64,000 nucleotides of DNA from Candidatus Obscuribacterales bacterium (lineage in GTDB: Bacteria; Cyanobacteriota; Vampirovibrionia; Obscuribacterales; Obscuribacteraceae): the NCBI GenBank assembly GCA_965228855.1, contig CBDDIJ010000002.1:352001-416000 (forward strand), written 5' to 3'. The translations under genes and the position numbers were made by a program. The notes beneath the pieces are model-generated. The model was given only the letters and a program-made list of their open reading frames with translations. It did not search any database and was not told the origin of the DNA. Numbering within the stretch: position 1 is the first letter of the stretch; the number at the start of each line of letters is the position of its first letter. Shown one piece after another: positions 41,691-53,091 of this stretch.

Positions 41691-42335
41691 CTAATCAGGA
41701 CGGTCGTTAGATGATCCTGGAGATTTAACGGCGTTCATTTTGTCGTAATGTACAGGCTTAAAGTAGTCGGGACTTCCCGCCTTGGCAGCTATATCCTTGA
41801 GCTCAGTCTTCTGCTTGACGTCGAGGACAGCAAGGATATCCGAGTGAAATTTTTCGGACTCTTTTACCATGGACATAAACAGCGTGCGACGCAAGTTAGA
41901 AGTCGAAGATTCCATGCCCTTTTCAGCTATCTCACGTTTCTTCTCTTCTCTGCTTTTCGGCGCGCCGACGTTCTCATTAGGTTTCTCATCGCGAGGATAC
42001 TCACCACGCAACTTGCCGATCACGTCCATGCGATTGCGAGACTTGGTGCGATAGGCAAAGTAGATCGATCGAATCTTGCCTTGCTGCGCTTTAGTCAAAC
42101 TTGGGACTAAAAGCGCATCCGTGACGATCGAAGGCGTAATTGAATTACCGTTGGAGAAACCGCTCCAGCCACCGCCGAAGCCACCATGCCATTCGCCGTG
42201 GTGATGCCTGCCACGTTCACCGAAGTGGGATGATGATCCGGAACCGGCAGCATCCTCGCCTTTCACCGCATGAGGAATGGAGAGCGCCAAAATAGTGAGG
42301 AATATAAATCCGATGAAGAAACGATTCGTTTTCAA
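41691..42335 (-). CDS. Hypothetical secreted helical protein (Spy/CpxP-like pattern possible)
   Basis: Signal peptide; His/Gly-rich segment; LTKAQQ and VLDVKQK motifs. Confidence 0.6.
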   Translation of the reverse strand: MKTNRFFIGFIFLTILALSIPHAVKGEDAAGSGSSSHFGERGRHHHGEWHGGFGGGWSGFSNGNSITPSIVTDALLVPSLTKAQQGKIRSIYFAYRTKSRNRMDVIGKLRGEYPRDEKPNENVGAPKSREEKKREIAEKGMESSTSNLRRTLFMSMVKESEKFHSDILAVLDVKQKTELKDIAAKAGSPDYFKPVHYDKMNAVKSPGSSNDRPD

Positions 42336-42375
42336 TTCATCTCCACGCCGGTGAGCCAGCCGATTGAACCGGTTT

Positions 42376-43842
42376 CTAGTACGAACGTGCGAAGATTACT
42401 TTGCGGTTCGTCTTGCGACCGGTAAGCATGCATTCACCTTCCTCGCTCTGATCGAACGGAATGCAGCGCACGGTAGCCTTGGTTTCATCCTTGATGCGAC
42501 CTTCGTCTTCGCCCGTACCGTCAAAGAACGTTTCGATGAAAACGTTTTTGTCTTTGAGAGCATCCTTCAGCTCATCGTAGGTCTTCACGCTCACCGTATT
42601 TTTCTTTCTAAATTCCAGCGCGTTATTGAAGATCTGCTTTTGGATTTGATCGAGCAAGCCGGAGAGTTCGTTGACAAGCCCGGCTTGACGCACTCCTCGA
42701 ATTTTTTCGCGAGTGTCGCGACGCGCAATCTCAACGACTTCATTGGCAATATCTTTTGGTCCCAGATTGATGCGCACAGGCACACCCTTTTGCTCCCAGT
42801 GGTTGAACTTGAAACCAGGTGTGTAGTTGTCGCGATCGTCGTACTGAACCCGGAAGTGCTCTTTCAATTCTTTCTCGATGCGGCGAGCATGCTCGTCTAC
42901 GAGCTTCTTCTCCTCATCGGTTTTGTAAATAGGAACGATCACAATTTGAATGGGAGCGATTTTAGGCGGAAGAATGAGGCCTTTCTCATCGCCGTGGCCA
43001 AGCACGATTGCGCCGACCAGACGAGTGGATACGCCCCAGCTTGTTTGCCAGGCGAATTCTAAGTTTCCGTCCTTATCTTGAAACTGAATCTCGAATGCCT
43101 TTGCAAAATTCTGTCCTAAGAAGTGCGATGTACCGGCTTGCAGAGCCTTTCCATCTCGCATCATTGCTTCGATACAGTAGGTATCCACGGCACCGGCGAA
43201 GCGCTCGCGCTCCGTCTTCAATCCTGTAAGAACGGGCAATGCCAGCCAATCTTCAGCGAGCTCGCGATACTTTTCAAGCATCAATTTCGCTTCGTCTTCA
43301 GCTTCTTCTTTGGTGGCGTGAGCAGTGTGACCTTCCTGCCAGAGAAATTCCGCAGTTCGCAAGAAGAGCCTGGTGCGCATCTCCCAGCGCACGACGTTTG
43401 CCCATTGATTGCACAAAATCGGCAGGTCTCTCCACGACTGAACCCATTTGGCGAACATAAAGTTGATGATGGTTTCTGAAGTCGGTCTTACGATATACGG
43501 CTCCTCAAGCTTCTTTCCACCGCCATGAGTGACAACGGCGCATTCAGGCGCAAAACCTTCAACGTGTTCTTTTTCTTTGTTGAGAAACGATTCGGGAATG
43601 AAAAGCGGGAAGTAAGCGTTCTGGTGACCGGTGTCCTTGATCATCTTATCGAGCGCTTTTTGAATGTTTTCCCAGAGCGCATAGCCGTACGGTCGAATCA
43701 CCATGCAACCCTTGACCGGTGCGTAATCGGCAAGCTCTGTCTGAAGAATGGTGTCGGTGTACCATTTCGAGCGATCGTTTTCCTTATCGTCGCCCTCCAG
43801 GCTGTCATCGATTTCGTTCACTTCGTTTTCCTTGACTGTCAT
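42376..43842 (-). CDS. proS: Proline--tRNA ligase (archaeal/eukaryotic-type)
   Basis: HVEGFAPE, RPTSE, QWANVVRWE, FLWQEGHT, SWGVSTR; C-terminal ARSY. Confidence 0.97.
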   Translation of the reverse strand: MTVKENEVNEIDDSLEGDDKENDRSKWYTDTILQTELADYAPVKGCMVIRPYGYALWENIQKALDKMIKDTGHQNAYFPLFIPESFLNKEKEHVEGFAPECAVVTHGGGKKLEEPYIVRPTSETIINFMFAKWVQSWRDLPILCNQWANVVRWEMRTRLFLRTAEFLWQEGHTAHATKEEAEDEAKLMLEKYRELAEDWLALPVLTGLKTERERFAGAVDTYCIEAMMRDGKALQAGTSHFLGQNFAKAFEIQFQDKDGNLEFAWQTSWGVSTRLVGAIVLGHGDEKGLILPPKIAPIQIVIVPIYKTDEEKKLVDEHARRIEKELKEHFRVQYDDRDNYTPGFKFNHWEQKGVPVRINLGPKDIANEVVEIARRDTREKIRGVRQAGLVNELSGLLDQIQKQIFNNALEFRKKNTVSVKTYDELKDALKDKNVFIETFFDGTGEDEGRIKDETKATVRCIPFDQSEEGECMLTGRKTNRKVIFARSY

Positions 43843-44071
43843 GGTGAGACTGTACTCTCTTTTATCGGTGATTGATGCGGCTCCAATCGGTTTAAACCTA
43901 GTACTTAAACACGATTAAATCCAGAGGGGTCAGTATATCGCGTGGCAAAAGATTATGCCTTTTCTTTTTGCCTGGTGTTAAGGCCTTGGCTATACTAGGT
44001 GAGAAAGTTCGGCTTCGCGGCCATGCGACGCGTCGTACTTTCGTCGCACCTCATCGGATCAAGGAGACCAC

Positions 44072-45100
44072 GTGCAGCTTTCAGGCGAACTCGCCAAAGT
44101 AAACCTTGCCAATTTGCTTCAACTCGTCAAGACCGGCGGATTGACAGGCAAGCTCACCTTCTCGCAAGGAGCGCGTACAGCAAGCGTCTTCGTCAATGAC
44201 GGCGAACCGATTCACGCCGAGCTCGAAGGTGAAGAAGGTGCCGAAGCGTTGATGGAATTGTTTCTCTGGACGTCCGGCACCTTTTCCTTCAGCGAGGAAT
44301 CAACAGAAGGCGTCTTCTGGACTATCGATGATGAGGACCCCGACCAGTCGTTCGAGCGACTTTTGAAAGAAGGAATAGCCTATCAAGAAGCGAAGCACTA
44401 CCTTGACGTCTTCGAGATCACGCCGCGGTCTATTTTGAAACCGACCGGCACGGCAGTGAGTTTCGCGAAACAGGTCCTGGCGATGCCAGGACTGGAGCGT
44501 CTCGACGGCAAACTTACAATCGCAGAGGCGCTCTCAGACCTGGAGTTGACGAAACGCGAGTATGTGAAAACAGTTTCGAGCTGGTTGCTTGACGGTCTGG
44601 CCGACATTGCCGAGCCGGTTTTGCTCGAAGAGATGAATGGAGTCGACCTGCCGGCGTGGGTTGTGTCGCGCTTGAGACAGGACAATCCGGACATCTCGCA
44701 GGCGATTGTCGACATGGTCATATGGGTCGACCGGGTCAAATGTTGGATGTTCCAGGTCGATGTCGATTTCTACAAACTTCGCAAACGCATTGAGCAATCC
44801 ACCGGCGGGAGCGGTGAATTGGATGATTTCGACGATAACGCTGATGACGACGAGGACGACGGCAGCACATTCGGTCCGCCGGCGCCACCGCCGGGTCTCG
44901 ACATCTACTCGCCGAATTCATACGGAGATCAGCCCTACTGGCGACCTCCCAACTACTACCAGGGCGGCACGCTATTCCGCCCATCGGTACTGGACAACAT
45001 TGCCGAAGACCGCCCAGCTCTCGGAGGTCAAGGCGCAGAGCCGGACAAGAAGAAACAGTCGGACTCGGATTCTACGGGAACCCGATCGATCGAATTTTAG
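44072..45100 (+). CDS. DUF4388-domain protein
   Basis: LSGELAKVNLANLLQL...TGKL...W.SGTFSF N-terminal pattern. Confidence 0.75.
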   Translation: MQLSGELAKVNLANLLQLVKTGGLTGKLTFSQGARTASVFVNDGEPIHAELEGEEGAEALMELFLWTSGTFSFSEESTEGVFWTIDDEDPDQSFERLLKEGIAYQEAKHYLDVFEITPRSILKPTGTAVSFAKQVLAMPGLERLDGKLTIAEALSDLELTKREYVKTVSSWLLDGLADIAEPVLLEEMNGVDLPAWVVSRLRQDNPDISQAIVDMVIWVDRVKCWMFQVDVDFYKLRKRIEQSTGGSGELDDFDDNADDDEDDGSTFGPPAPPPGLDIYSPNSYGDQPYWRPPNYYQGGTLFRPSVLDNIAEDRPALGGQGAEPDKKKQSDSDSTGTRSIEF

Positions 45101-45106
45101 TGCGAT

Positions 45107-46120
45107 TTACAGTTTCAGTCCCCGTGCGGGTTCTTCGTTCTTGAGCGGAGGGCCGAGTTTGCGTCCAGGGTTCTCTTCATTTACAGTTTGCCAAACTTGA
45201 GTTTCAACATCAATCGCGAGATCGCCCGTGACAGGGATATGCGACTCGTCGCCTTCATTTCCGTGAAACATGAATTTCTCTGCGATTAGTTTGGGCTTCT
45301 GATTAGTGAGCACCGAATACAGAGCCGCTGCGGCTAACCATGCGCCTATAGAAGAGACATGGTGTTTATCTGCGACGTAGGGGTGAATCTCTTTGTGTTT
45401 GTTTGATACGGCAAAAAGTACGTCTCCGGCAGGCGCAATATCGATGGAAAGCCGCTCGGCAAGCTTTCGGGAGACGGCACTTAAAACTTCCTGGCGCTTA
45501 TTCTCGCCGGAGTCAGCCCAGGGAACAAACAACACGACGCGACTTCCTCGGTCGCGAGCGGTTTTAGAAAGTGTGCGAACAGAATCCAACATTCCGGCCG
45601 GATCCTGGAGAGGCTGGAGCCAACGGTCTTGAAGAACCACGAAATCCCAGCGCTGCTCCTTAATTAATGCCTCAGCATCCTTTTCCTGGAGATGCTGCGC
45701 CAGGCTGTAGTCCTCCTTAGCAAGACATGTTACTTCAAGCGGACGCCAGGACTTTGACATGTTCGCGACTTCGCGAAGCATGTTTGGAACGTCATTGATG
45801 TGGAGCGTGTCGTTGCCGATGATTAGAACTTTAATCGGTTTTTCTTCATCAGGTACATCGACCTGTGCATTCGGAAACATCAAATACCAGACACCACCGA
45901 TGATGGCAACCAGAATAAGAAAAACGGATGTGTACAAGAGCGCGATTCGCGGACCGCGCCTGGTGGGAGCGGAATCGGAACCGTTGGCGAAATGATTTTT
46001 TAGACCGGAATTTTCGGCAGCTCGGGAGGTGGAACCGGATTCAATTCCGTTCCGCGATGAGACCGCATCTTCGACATCGTCATCATCGTACTCAGGTATT
46101 GATGAACCATCCTCAACCAC
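45107..46120 (-). CDS. Membrane-anchored SGNH-hydrolase-like protein
   Basis: VLIIGNDT, WDFVVLQD, IAPAG and DKHH motifs. Confidence 0.7.
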   Translation of the reverse strand: MVEDGSSIPEYDDDDVEDAVSSRNGIESGSTSRAAENSGLKNHFANGSDSAPTRRGPRIALLYTSVFLILVAIIGGVWYLMFPNAQVDVPDEEKPIKVLIIGNDTLHINDVPNMLREVANMSKSWRPLEVTCLAKEDYSLAQHLQEKDAEALIKEQRWDFVVLQDRWLQPLQDPAGMLDSVRTLSKTARDRGSRVVLFVPWADSGENKRQEVLSAVSRKLAERLSIDIAPAGDVLFAVSNKHKEIHPYVADKHHVSSIGAWLAAAALYSVLTNQKPKLIAEKFMFHGNEGDESHIPVTGDLAIDVETQVWQTVNEENPGRKLGPPLKNEEPARGLKL

Positions 46121-46126
46121 TACCGT

Positions 46127-46933
46127 CTACCTGACTGCGTTGACAACATTCAAAAGACTTCTGACACGCTCGACATCCACCGGATTTTCAAGAACGCCCT
46201 GTCGCTTCAACGAGCTGGCAACGATGATACCATCAGCAGTACCAAGCAACGACTTGACGTTCTCTTGAGTCGACCCACTTCCAATTAGAATAGGCGTGGT
46301 GGGAACAGCCTTGCGGACGGTTTCGATATCCTCCTGCGAAGGCGCGTCGCCAGTGGCGACACCACTGACAATGACAGCGTCGGCAAGTGAACGTTTTACA
46401 GTGTCTTTTGCGACTTGCCCGATGTCATAGCCGATAGCAAGCGGATAGGCATGTTTCACCATCACGTCGGCGAAAACTTTCACGCTATCTTTCGCCATCA
46501 ATTCCCGGCGATACATATGAAGCTCGCGCGCCGCACTCTCGATAATGCCCTGATCGGTCACCATGGCGCCGCTGAGAATATTTACACGGATAAACTTCGC
46601 GCCACTGGAAACAGCGACAGCAAGCGCAGTCAGCGCATCGTTGCGTAGAACATTCACGCCAATCGGCAGATCCGTAACGCTCATTATTCGCTTAACCGCA
46701 AGAGTAAGAGCGCATGCGGTAGAGACGTCCACGCGACCTTTAGCGAACGGCGCATCAAAGAAGTTTTCGACAACTATGCCATCAACCCCGCCCGAAGACA
46801 AAGCGACCGCTTCTTGCTCTGCCCTGGCGAAGACTTCTTCAAGATCGCCGGCCCACTGGCAAGAGCCCGGAAGAGGCAGAAGGTGTACGACACCAATGAC
46901 AGGTTTGTTTGTGCCAAAAAGATTTTCGAGCAT
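46127..46933 (-). CDS. btpA: BtpA/SgcQ-family protein
   Basis: IGVVHLLPLPGS, ENFFDAPF, GVNVLRND, DVMVKHA. Confidence 0.92.
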   Translation of the reverse strand: MLENLFGTNKPVIGVVHLLPLPGSCQWAGDLEEVFARAEQEAVALSSGGVDGIVVENFFDAPFAKGRVDVSTACALTLAVKRIMSVTDLPIGVNVLRNDALTALAVAVSSGAKFIRVNILSGAMVTDQGIIESAARELHMYRRELMAKDSVKVFADVMVKHAYPLAIGYDIGQVAKDTVKRSLADAVIVSGVATGDAPSQEDIETVRKAVPTTPILIGSGSTQENVKSLLGTADGIIVASSLKRQGVLENPVDVERVRSLLNVVNAVR

Positions 46934-47840
46934 ACGGTTTAGTAAAAGTCCTGAAGCGATGAATGCGAATGCACATAGAAGTCTACTAGATGCCCGTCGA
47001 CACGGAGAACCATAAAAGCGCCCGCTTGACATCAAGGCACCATTGACGCCACCAGACACACAACCACAGCCCTCATCTTCTTGACATCAAGGGCGCAGTT
47101 CGCCAGATTTTCATCGACCTCTCACACTTGCGCAAACCGTTGCGCAGCAAGCGTTTCAGCCCCTAATTGTCAAGCGCTCGCGCAGCATCGCAAAACAATA
47201 CAATTTCAGCTATCTAAGACAAGTCTTTTCTACATAGATGTCATATAGTCCAGATTTGGTTTATTTCGAGTTGTCATGAAACTCGTCTTGTAGAGAGCGT
47301 TTCCAAAGGGAACTTACTCTCATCTTTTCTGGGTCCGATGGTCATTGAGTTGATATGGCGTTTGTATCTAATCTTTGAGTTAACCCTTCCTTTAGATTTG
47401 CTCAGAGCTAAACACCCAGTTATTTAGCCGTTCGAAATAGAAACCGAACCTACCTGTCCCGCTTCCGCGCGACTTGTAGCTGAGCATCCCGTTTCTCAGA
47501 GCAAAGGCGATCAGGTCCACCAGGTTGTTCTGGAGCGAAAGCTTCCGAGCGCCTCGGTTTCGTACCTGAGATCGCAGATGTCCCGAACGGGTTTCCGCGC
47601 AGAATTTACCACCAGAAGCAACCTGTTGCAGAACACTTCGCACGCCCTCTCGTGCGAAGCCGGTTGAACGACTCCGAGCGCTCCCCAAGCACTCCTCGGT
47701 GGCGTTGTCGTGTGGTTCCCCGGTTAAGGGTCCCGGGCTGCCGATTTTCAGCATGAGCCGCAAGGCGAGTGCTCGTCTCATACCGTGCGCATGTCGCGCC
47801 GGTAGACCAACAAGCTCAAAACCATAAAAGGAGCACCACA

Positions 47841-48395
47841 ATGGCAAATCAAAACAACACCGCAGGCGACCGCAGCCTCCAGAAGCGCAAGGGCATGGCG
47901 ATCAAGGGTCTCAAGGCCTGGATCAAGGCGCTTGAGCTCAACGAAGGCGTCAAGGTCAGCGCTCACAGCTACCGCTACGAAATCGCCGCCAACGGCGAGA
48001 CCGCTCGCATCTACCTGGCAGCCACCGGCGCCACGGTCGACGGCACCGAGCGCACGCTGACCGAATGGGCCGACAGTGGCAAGCCCTGCCGCCTGGCTCT
48101 CATCGGTCTGCGCTACACCAAGGACCAGCTCGAGCGCGATGGCGACCGTGTCCTGTACACGATGAACGTCATCACCCGCGAAGCCTACCTGTCCCGCCGT
48201 GGCGAGCGCCTGACGGACCAGCCCGCGACCATCGAAGCGTGGGCCGAGGTCGGCAAGCCCATCGAGAAGCGCGAATTCGAAAGCCTTCGCGTGGCGATGG
48301 ACTACCACAACGAGGAAGCGGCTGCCAGCGTCAAGGCGAACATGATTCGCTGGGGCATCATCCGTCCGGCGAAGGACGGCCAGGACGCCGCCTGA
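47841..48395 (+). CDS. Hypothetical protein
   Basis: AAGGAG RBS; strong codon bias; no family recognised. Confidence 0.75.
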   Translation: MANQNNTAGDRSLQKRKGMAIKGLKAWIKALELNEGVKVSAHSYRYEIAANGETARIYLAATGATVDGTERTLTEWADSGKPCRLALIGLRYTKDQLERDGDRVLYTMNVITREAYLSRRGERLTDQPATIEAWAEVGKPIEKREFESLRVAMDYHNEEAAASVKANMIRWGIIRPAKDGQDAA

Positions 48396-48553
48396 GAATT
48401 CCGGGACACGCGGGGCGCCATAAAGTCGAGGGACCTCGACCAGGCGCTCCGCGTACCTTCCGGTTTTTCATTCATCCAACTCAGAGTCGTTTAATTCCGG
48501 ATGTAGAAAAACCAAAAAGGTGCCCGCCGCAAGGTGGGTAGTGAGTACGACAA

Positions 48554-50554
48554 ATGAACAAAAAAGGCTTCATTTGGTTCGTGGCGCTCGTCTTCATCGG
48601 CCTCTTCCTGTTCCAGGGAAGCAACAACAACGGCGGCCAGTCTGCTGCCGAGGTGGTGAAGCCGGAAGTCGTCTCCTTCGACCAGGTGCGCAAGACGGTT
48701 GAGACCAACCCGACTGCCGTGGAGAAGGTGACCTTCGTGAAGGACGCCAACGGAACCGTTCAGGAGGTTCTCCTTACGTTCAAGGAGAGCTCCCAGAAAT
48801 CGCTCTCGGCGCAGATTCCCGGCGACGCCGGCAGTTCGCGCCTCCTTGCTGCAGCTGAAAGCGCCGGTGTTCCCACCGACGCGAAGGGCTACGAGCCGCC
48901 ACCGGTCAGTCCGTGGCAGCCGCTGTTCTCGATCCTGGGATGGATCCTGCCGTTCGTCATCATCTTCTTCCTGTTCCAGTGGCTCATGAAGGGTGCTGCG
49001 AACGCTCAGAACGGCATGCGAGACAAGCTGGCCAGCGCGAACGCCACCAAGTTCGAGCCGCAGAAGGACCGCAAGACGTTCAAGGACGTCGCGGGATGCG
49101 ATGAAGCCAAGCAGGAGCTGCAGGAAGTCATCGACTACCTGCGCAACCCCGGACTGCTGGCCGAACTCGGTGGCAAGCCTCCCAAGGGCGTGCTGCTGGT
49201 GGGCGGACCCGGTACGGGCAAGACGCTCCTCGCCAAGGCAGTCGCCGGCGAAGCCAACGCTGCGTTCTTCTCGATCTCTGCTTCGCAGTTCGTCGAGATG
49301 TTCGTCGGCGTCGGTGCCGCCCGCGTGCGCGACCTCTTCAACCAGGCGCGTGAACACAAGCCCGCCATCGTGTTCATCGACGAACTCGATGCGGTCGGTC
49401 GCCAGCGTGGCACCGGCCTCGGTGGCGGCAATGATGAGCGCGAACAGACGCTCAACCAGCTGCTGGTCGAGATGGACGGTTTCAAGGTCAATGACGGCAT
49501 CATCCTGATGGCCGCGACCAACCGCCCGGATGTTCTCGATCCGGCGCTCATCCGTCCGGGTCGTTTCGACCTCCAGGTGCTGGTCGACAACCCGGACAGG
49601 GTCGGTCGTCAGGACATCCTGAAGATCCACTCCCGCAACAAGAAGCTGGCTCCGGAAGTCAACCTCGACATCATCGCCACCAACACGCCCGGCTTCTCCG
49701 GCGCTGAGCTCGAAGGTGCCGTCAACAACGGTGCCATCGTCGCTGCTCGCCGCATCAAGGAAGAAGTAGCCGCGCTTCGTGCCAAGGGCGTTTCGGAAGC
49801 CGACATCAAGAAGCAGGTGCCGCACCACATCACCATTGCCGACCTCGACGAAGGCGTTGATCGCGTTCAGATGGGTCCGGCGAAGGAGAACGCGGCCAAG
49901 CGCATGTCCAGGGTCGACATGGAGAACACGGCCTATCACGAGCTCGGGCACGCCTGGGTCTCGCAGGTCATGTTCGAGAAGGGCCAGGGCGGCGACCCCG
50001 TCACCAAGATCACCATCGTGCCCCGCGCTCGCGCGCTCGGGTACACGCAGGCTCTGCCGCGCGGTGACCGCTTCAACATGACGAGGGACAACCTCAAGGC
50101 TCGCATCATGATGGCGATGGGCGGTCGCGCGGCTCAGGAAATCTTCCTGAACACGATCGACACCGGCGCCTCCAACGACTTCAAGCAGGCGAAAGCCTGG
50201 GCCCACCGCATGGTCACCGAATTCGGCATGTCCGATCTCGGTCCGATCTCGGTCGGTGAGGGCGGTCCCAATCCGTTCCTCGGCCGTTCGATGGCTTCCA
50301 ACCACGAGACCGGTCCTGCCCTCCAGGATCGCATCGACGAAGCCTGGGTGAAGATCGTCAACGAGTGCTACAAGGAGACCGTGGAACTCCTCAAGGCAGA
50401 CGCCGAGTGCATCCGCAAGATCGCCGACGTTCTGCTCGAGAAGGAAACCATCCTCGGTCCCGAGTTCGAGCAGCTCCGCAACGAGTCGAAATGCGCCATC
50501 AAGCCCTGCAGCGACTGCGAAGTCGACCAGGACGGCGGCGACAACGACAAGTAG
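48554..50554 (+). CDS. ftsH: ATP-dependent zinc metalloprotease FtsH
   Basis: Two TM helices; [43 protein letters not shown]. Confidence 0.97.
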   Translation: MNKKGFIWFVALVFIGLFLFQGSNNNGGQSAAEVVKPEVVSFDQVRKTVETNPTAVEKVTFVKDANGTVQEVLLTFKESSQKSLSAQIPGDAGSSRLLAAAESAGVPTDAKGYEPPPVSPWQPLFSILGWILPFVIIFFLFQWLMKGAANAQNGMRDKLASANATKFEPQKDRKTFKDVAGCDEAKQELQEVIDYLRNPGLLAELGGKPPKGVLLVGGPGTGKTLLAKAVAGEANAAFFSISASQFVEMFVGVGAARVRDLFNQAREHKPAIVFIDELDAVGRQRGTGLGGGNDEREQTLNQLLVEMDGFKVNDGIILMAATNRPDVLDPALIRPGRFDLQVLVDNPDRVGRQDILKIHSRNKKLAPEVNLDIIATNTPGFSGAELEGAVNNGAIVAARRIKEEVAALRAKGVSEADIKKQVPHHITIADLDEGVDRVQMGPAKENAAKRMSRVDMENTAYHELGHAWVSQVMFEKGQGGDPVTKITIVPRARALGYTQALPRGDRFNMTRDNLKARIMMAMGGRAAQEIFLNTIDTGASNDFKQAKAWAHRMVTEFGMSDLGPISVGEGGPNPFLGRSMASNHETGPALQDRIDEAWVKIVNECYKETVELLKADAECIRKIADVLLEKETILGPEFEQLRNESKCAIKPCSDCEVDQDGGDNDK

Positions 50555-50833
50555 CTTCCGGTCGCTATTCGCGACAAGTCTATTCGTGCCGGTCGATGGC
50601 GCCATCACCAGTGGTGACTCGACCGGCACGGTAGTTTTCCGTACGACACGCTAACACGGTCTCCCGGGCAACCTTGCCAGCCTGGGAGACACGCGTGCAG
50701 TTGAACCGCTGCTGTCTGGGATAGTTCGTGACCCACTCAGCCGGCAAGGTATTCCTCGAAGCGAAGGCGTCAAATCCGTTCCGCGCGGACGTCTCTCGCT
50801 CGAACACTGCGCGGGTTAGAAGGAGTAACCACC

Positions 50834-51232
50834 ATGCAAAAGCAACAAACTGCGATCTACGTGCCTGTTACCGCGGGCAAGGTTCAGTGGTACTTCCTCA
50901 ATCGGACCGAGGCGTTCCGCCTCAAGTTCGACGCTGGCACCGACGCACTGATCGGCTACAAGCACTACGACGACGCGGTCAAAGCCGGCCGCGTCCGTTT
51001 TGCTGATCAGGACTGCTTCGCGGTCCTGTCGATCAGCTGCGACGACCGCGTGCGCGAAGCGCTCGCGATGTCCAAGCAGTTCGACGAGTCCATCGAGGAC
51101 AAGACCAATGCGCCCGTCTGGCGCGTGCTTTCGAAGGGTGCCGAGATTCTCGCGAAACCCGAGAACGCCGCCATGTGGGCTCAGTTTATCTCCAAGGTCG
51201 ACCAGAAGAAGACCGAAGAGAAGAAGGCCTAA
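50834..51232 (+). CDS. Hypothetical protein
   Basis: AAGGAG RBS; biased codons. Confidence 0.75.
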   Translation: MQKQQTAIYVPVTAGKVQWYFLNRTEAFRLKFDAGTDALIGYKHYDDAVKAGRVRFADQDCFAVLSISCDDRVREALAMSKQFDESIEDKTNAPVWRVLSKGAEILAKPENAAMWAQFISKVDQKKTEEKKA

Positions 51233-51239
51233 TCGCCGT

Positions 51240-51285
51240 GGAGACCCTCGCTGCGCCTTTACAGCGCAGCGAGGTTTCTCCTTTT
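51240..51285 (+). terminator. Terminator-like hairpin between the hypothetical gene and rseP
   Basis: GGAGACCCTCGCTGCGC...GCGCAGCGAGGTTTCTCC followed by TTTT. Confidence 0.6.
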
Positions 51286-51397
51286 CGTCATTTCAACGTC
51301 ATCCGTTTCCACTCTGGCGGCATCACCTGCGGTGGCGCCACCAGTTCGGCAACCAACAAGGCAAGCCTGTGAAAGGGCTTGAATCGGTACCACACAC

Positions 51398-52522
51398 ATG
51401 GATTTAGCATCGCTCTACGTCGCCGCGGCAGGCGCCCTTCCGGGCATTCTGTCGATGGTGCTCGGGATCATGTTTCTAATTCTGATTCACGAGTTCGGTC
51501 ACTGGATCGTGGCACGCACACTCGGGTTTCAGACTCCCGTATTTTCGATCGGCTTCGGCAAGAGAAGCTGGTCTCTCGTTCTCGGTAAATTCTGGGATAC
51601 CGAGTTCCGACTCAGCCCCATTCTCCTGGGCGGCTACGTCAGCATTCCTGAACTTCAGGACGAGACGACCGCCAAGGAATCGCAGGGCGACGAGTTCAAG
51701 AGCTACACGTTCTTCCCAGTCTGGAAGCGCATGTCTGTCGCCGTTGCCGGCGTGGTCATGAACGTCCTCTTCGCCATCGTGGCAATCGCGATGTTGTTTG
51801 CGTTCATCGGCAAGCCGACGGACAGCATCACCGCGACCCGCATCGGCGGTTTCGACCCGGCGGTTTCCATCGCTCAAGACTCCGGTCTCAAGGCTGGCGA
51901 CAAATTCGTTTCCATCGATGGCAACAAGGTCGTCGTGCCGAACGATTTGCTGCACGCCGTGCAGTCGAAGAAGGGTCAGCCCATCGACATCATCGTCGAC
52001 CGGCAAGGACAGCCCGTCTCTGTGACCGTCACCCCCAACGCGGACGGGCGCATCGGTGTGCAAATCGCCGTCGACGCCGCCCGCACGTACGAGAAGCAGG
52101 ACGCCTGGACTGCCACCAAGGAAGGTGTCACGACCTCCTTCTCCTCGATGTGGGGAATGCTCAAGGGTTTCGGCATGATGCTCGGCATCGTCGAGAAGCC
52201 GGCGAACATTCCTGACGGCGCGCTGGAGATGCACGGCATCGTCGGCATCGTCCAGGTAGGCGCACAGGCTTTCGACATGGGCATCTTCGCCTTCGTCTGG
52301 ATGGTCTCGATGATCAGCCTCAACCTGGCTATCATCAACATTCTTCCGATTCCGATGCTCGATGGCGGACACATGCTGTTCTTCACCATCGAGAAAATCC
52401 GTGGCAAGCCGATCGCTCTGGAAACGCGCAACCGCATCTCGAGCATCTTCGCGCTTCTGCTCTTCGGATTGATGTTCTGGGGTCTGTTCAACGACATCGT
52501 GAAACCGATCCAGCTTCCGTAA
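51398..52522 (+). CDS. rseP: RIP metalloprotease RseP (M50, PDZ)
   Basis: HEFGH, FSIGFG, GGYV, PDZ segment, NILPIPMLDGG. Confidence 0.93.
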   Translation: MDLASLYVAAAGALPGILSMVLGIMFLILIHEFGHWIVARTLGFQTPVFSIGFGKRSWSLVLGKFWDTEFRLSPILLGGYVSIPELQDETTAKESQGDEFKSYTFFPVWKRMSVAVAGVVMNVLFAIVAIAMLFAFIGKPTDSITATRIGGFDPAVSIAQDSGLKAGDKFVSIDGNKVVVPNDLLHAVQSKKGQPIDIIVDRQGQPVSVTVTPNADGRIGVQIAVDAARTYEKQDAWTATKEGVTTSFSSMWGMLKGFGMMLGIVEKPANIPDGALEMHGIVGIVQVGAQAFDMGIFAFVWMVSMISLNLAIINILPIPMLDGGHMLFFTIEKIRGKPIALETRNRISSIFALLLFGLMFWGLFNDIVKPIQLP

Positions 52523-52587
52523 TAGCTTTCTGGAACGGCGTCGCTAGCACAAAACCGCTACCGATGCCGTTCTTCTCAAATGCCATA

Positions 52588-53046
52588 CTACTATATGATC
52601 CCGTTTTTCCCGCCGCCCTACTATATGATCTCGTTTCTTTTCAACGACCGCTGACACCCGGCTAGCCTTGTGGCGCAACCAAGGACAGCCTCGCTCCCGT
52701 CCAGGGCACTCGTCGCAAGGCACTTTTGGCTACGTAGCGTAGACGGATTTTCAAAAATCCGGCAACGCCACAGCGCCAAAACGCAGTTGATCTCACTTTA
52801 AAACGCAACCAAAGCGGACTAAAAACCAGACGAACTCTGACTTCTAGCGCATCCACGCTATCCTACGGCATCTAGTAGCTATGCAACAGGCACTTTTGGC
52901 TACGCTGCGTAGACGGAATTTTCAAAAATCCGGCAACGCCACAGCGCCAAAACGCAGTTCGCAAACCTCAAACTGAAATCAAACGCCCAAGAACTAGTCT
53001 CACTAGGTCCTTTCAAGGAACGAGCTTATACGTCGGCTTATAGTAG
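52588..53046. repeat. Tandem double element, locus 9 (cores 52727-52778 and 52897-52949)
   Basis: CTACTATATGATC at 52588 and 52618; cores TGGCTACG-N5-TAGACGGA-N10/11-TCCGGCAA-CGCCA-CAGCGCCA; TCTAGTAG at 52871; TATAGTAG at 53039. Confidence 0.9.
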
Positions 53047-53091
53047 CCATGGTATGATCATCGCATTTCCTAGAATGAAAGGGGTATATGC

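Noticed and set aside
48491..50629. Long antisense ORFs (712 aa here; also 3235-4806, 10562-12235, 14758-16236, 58-459)
   Set aside because: Shadows of GC3-rich genes on the opposite strand.
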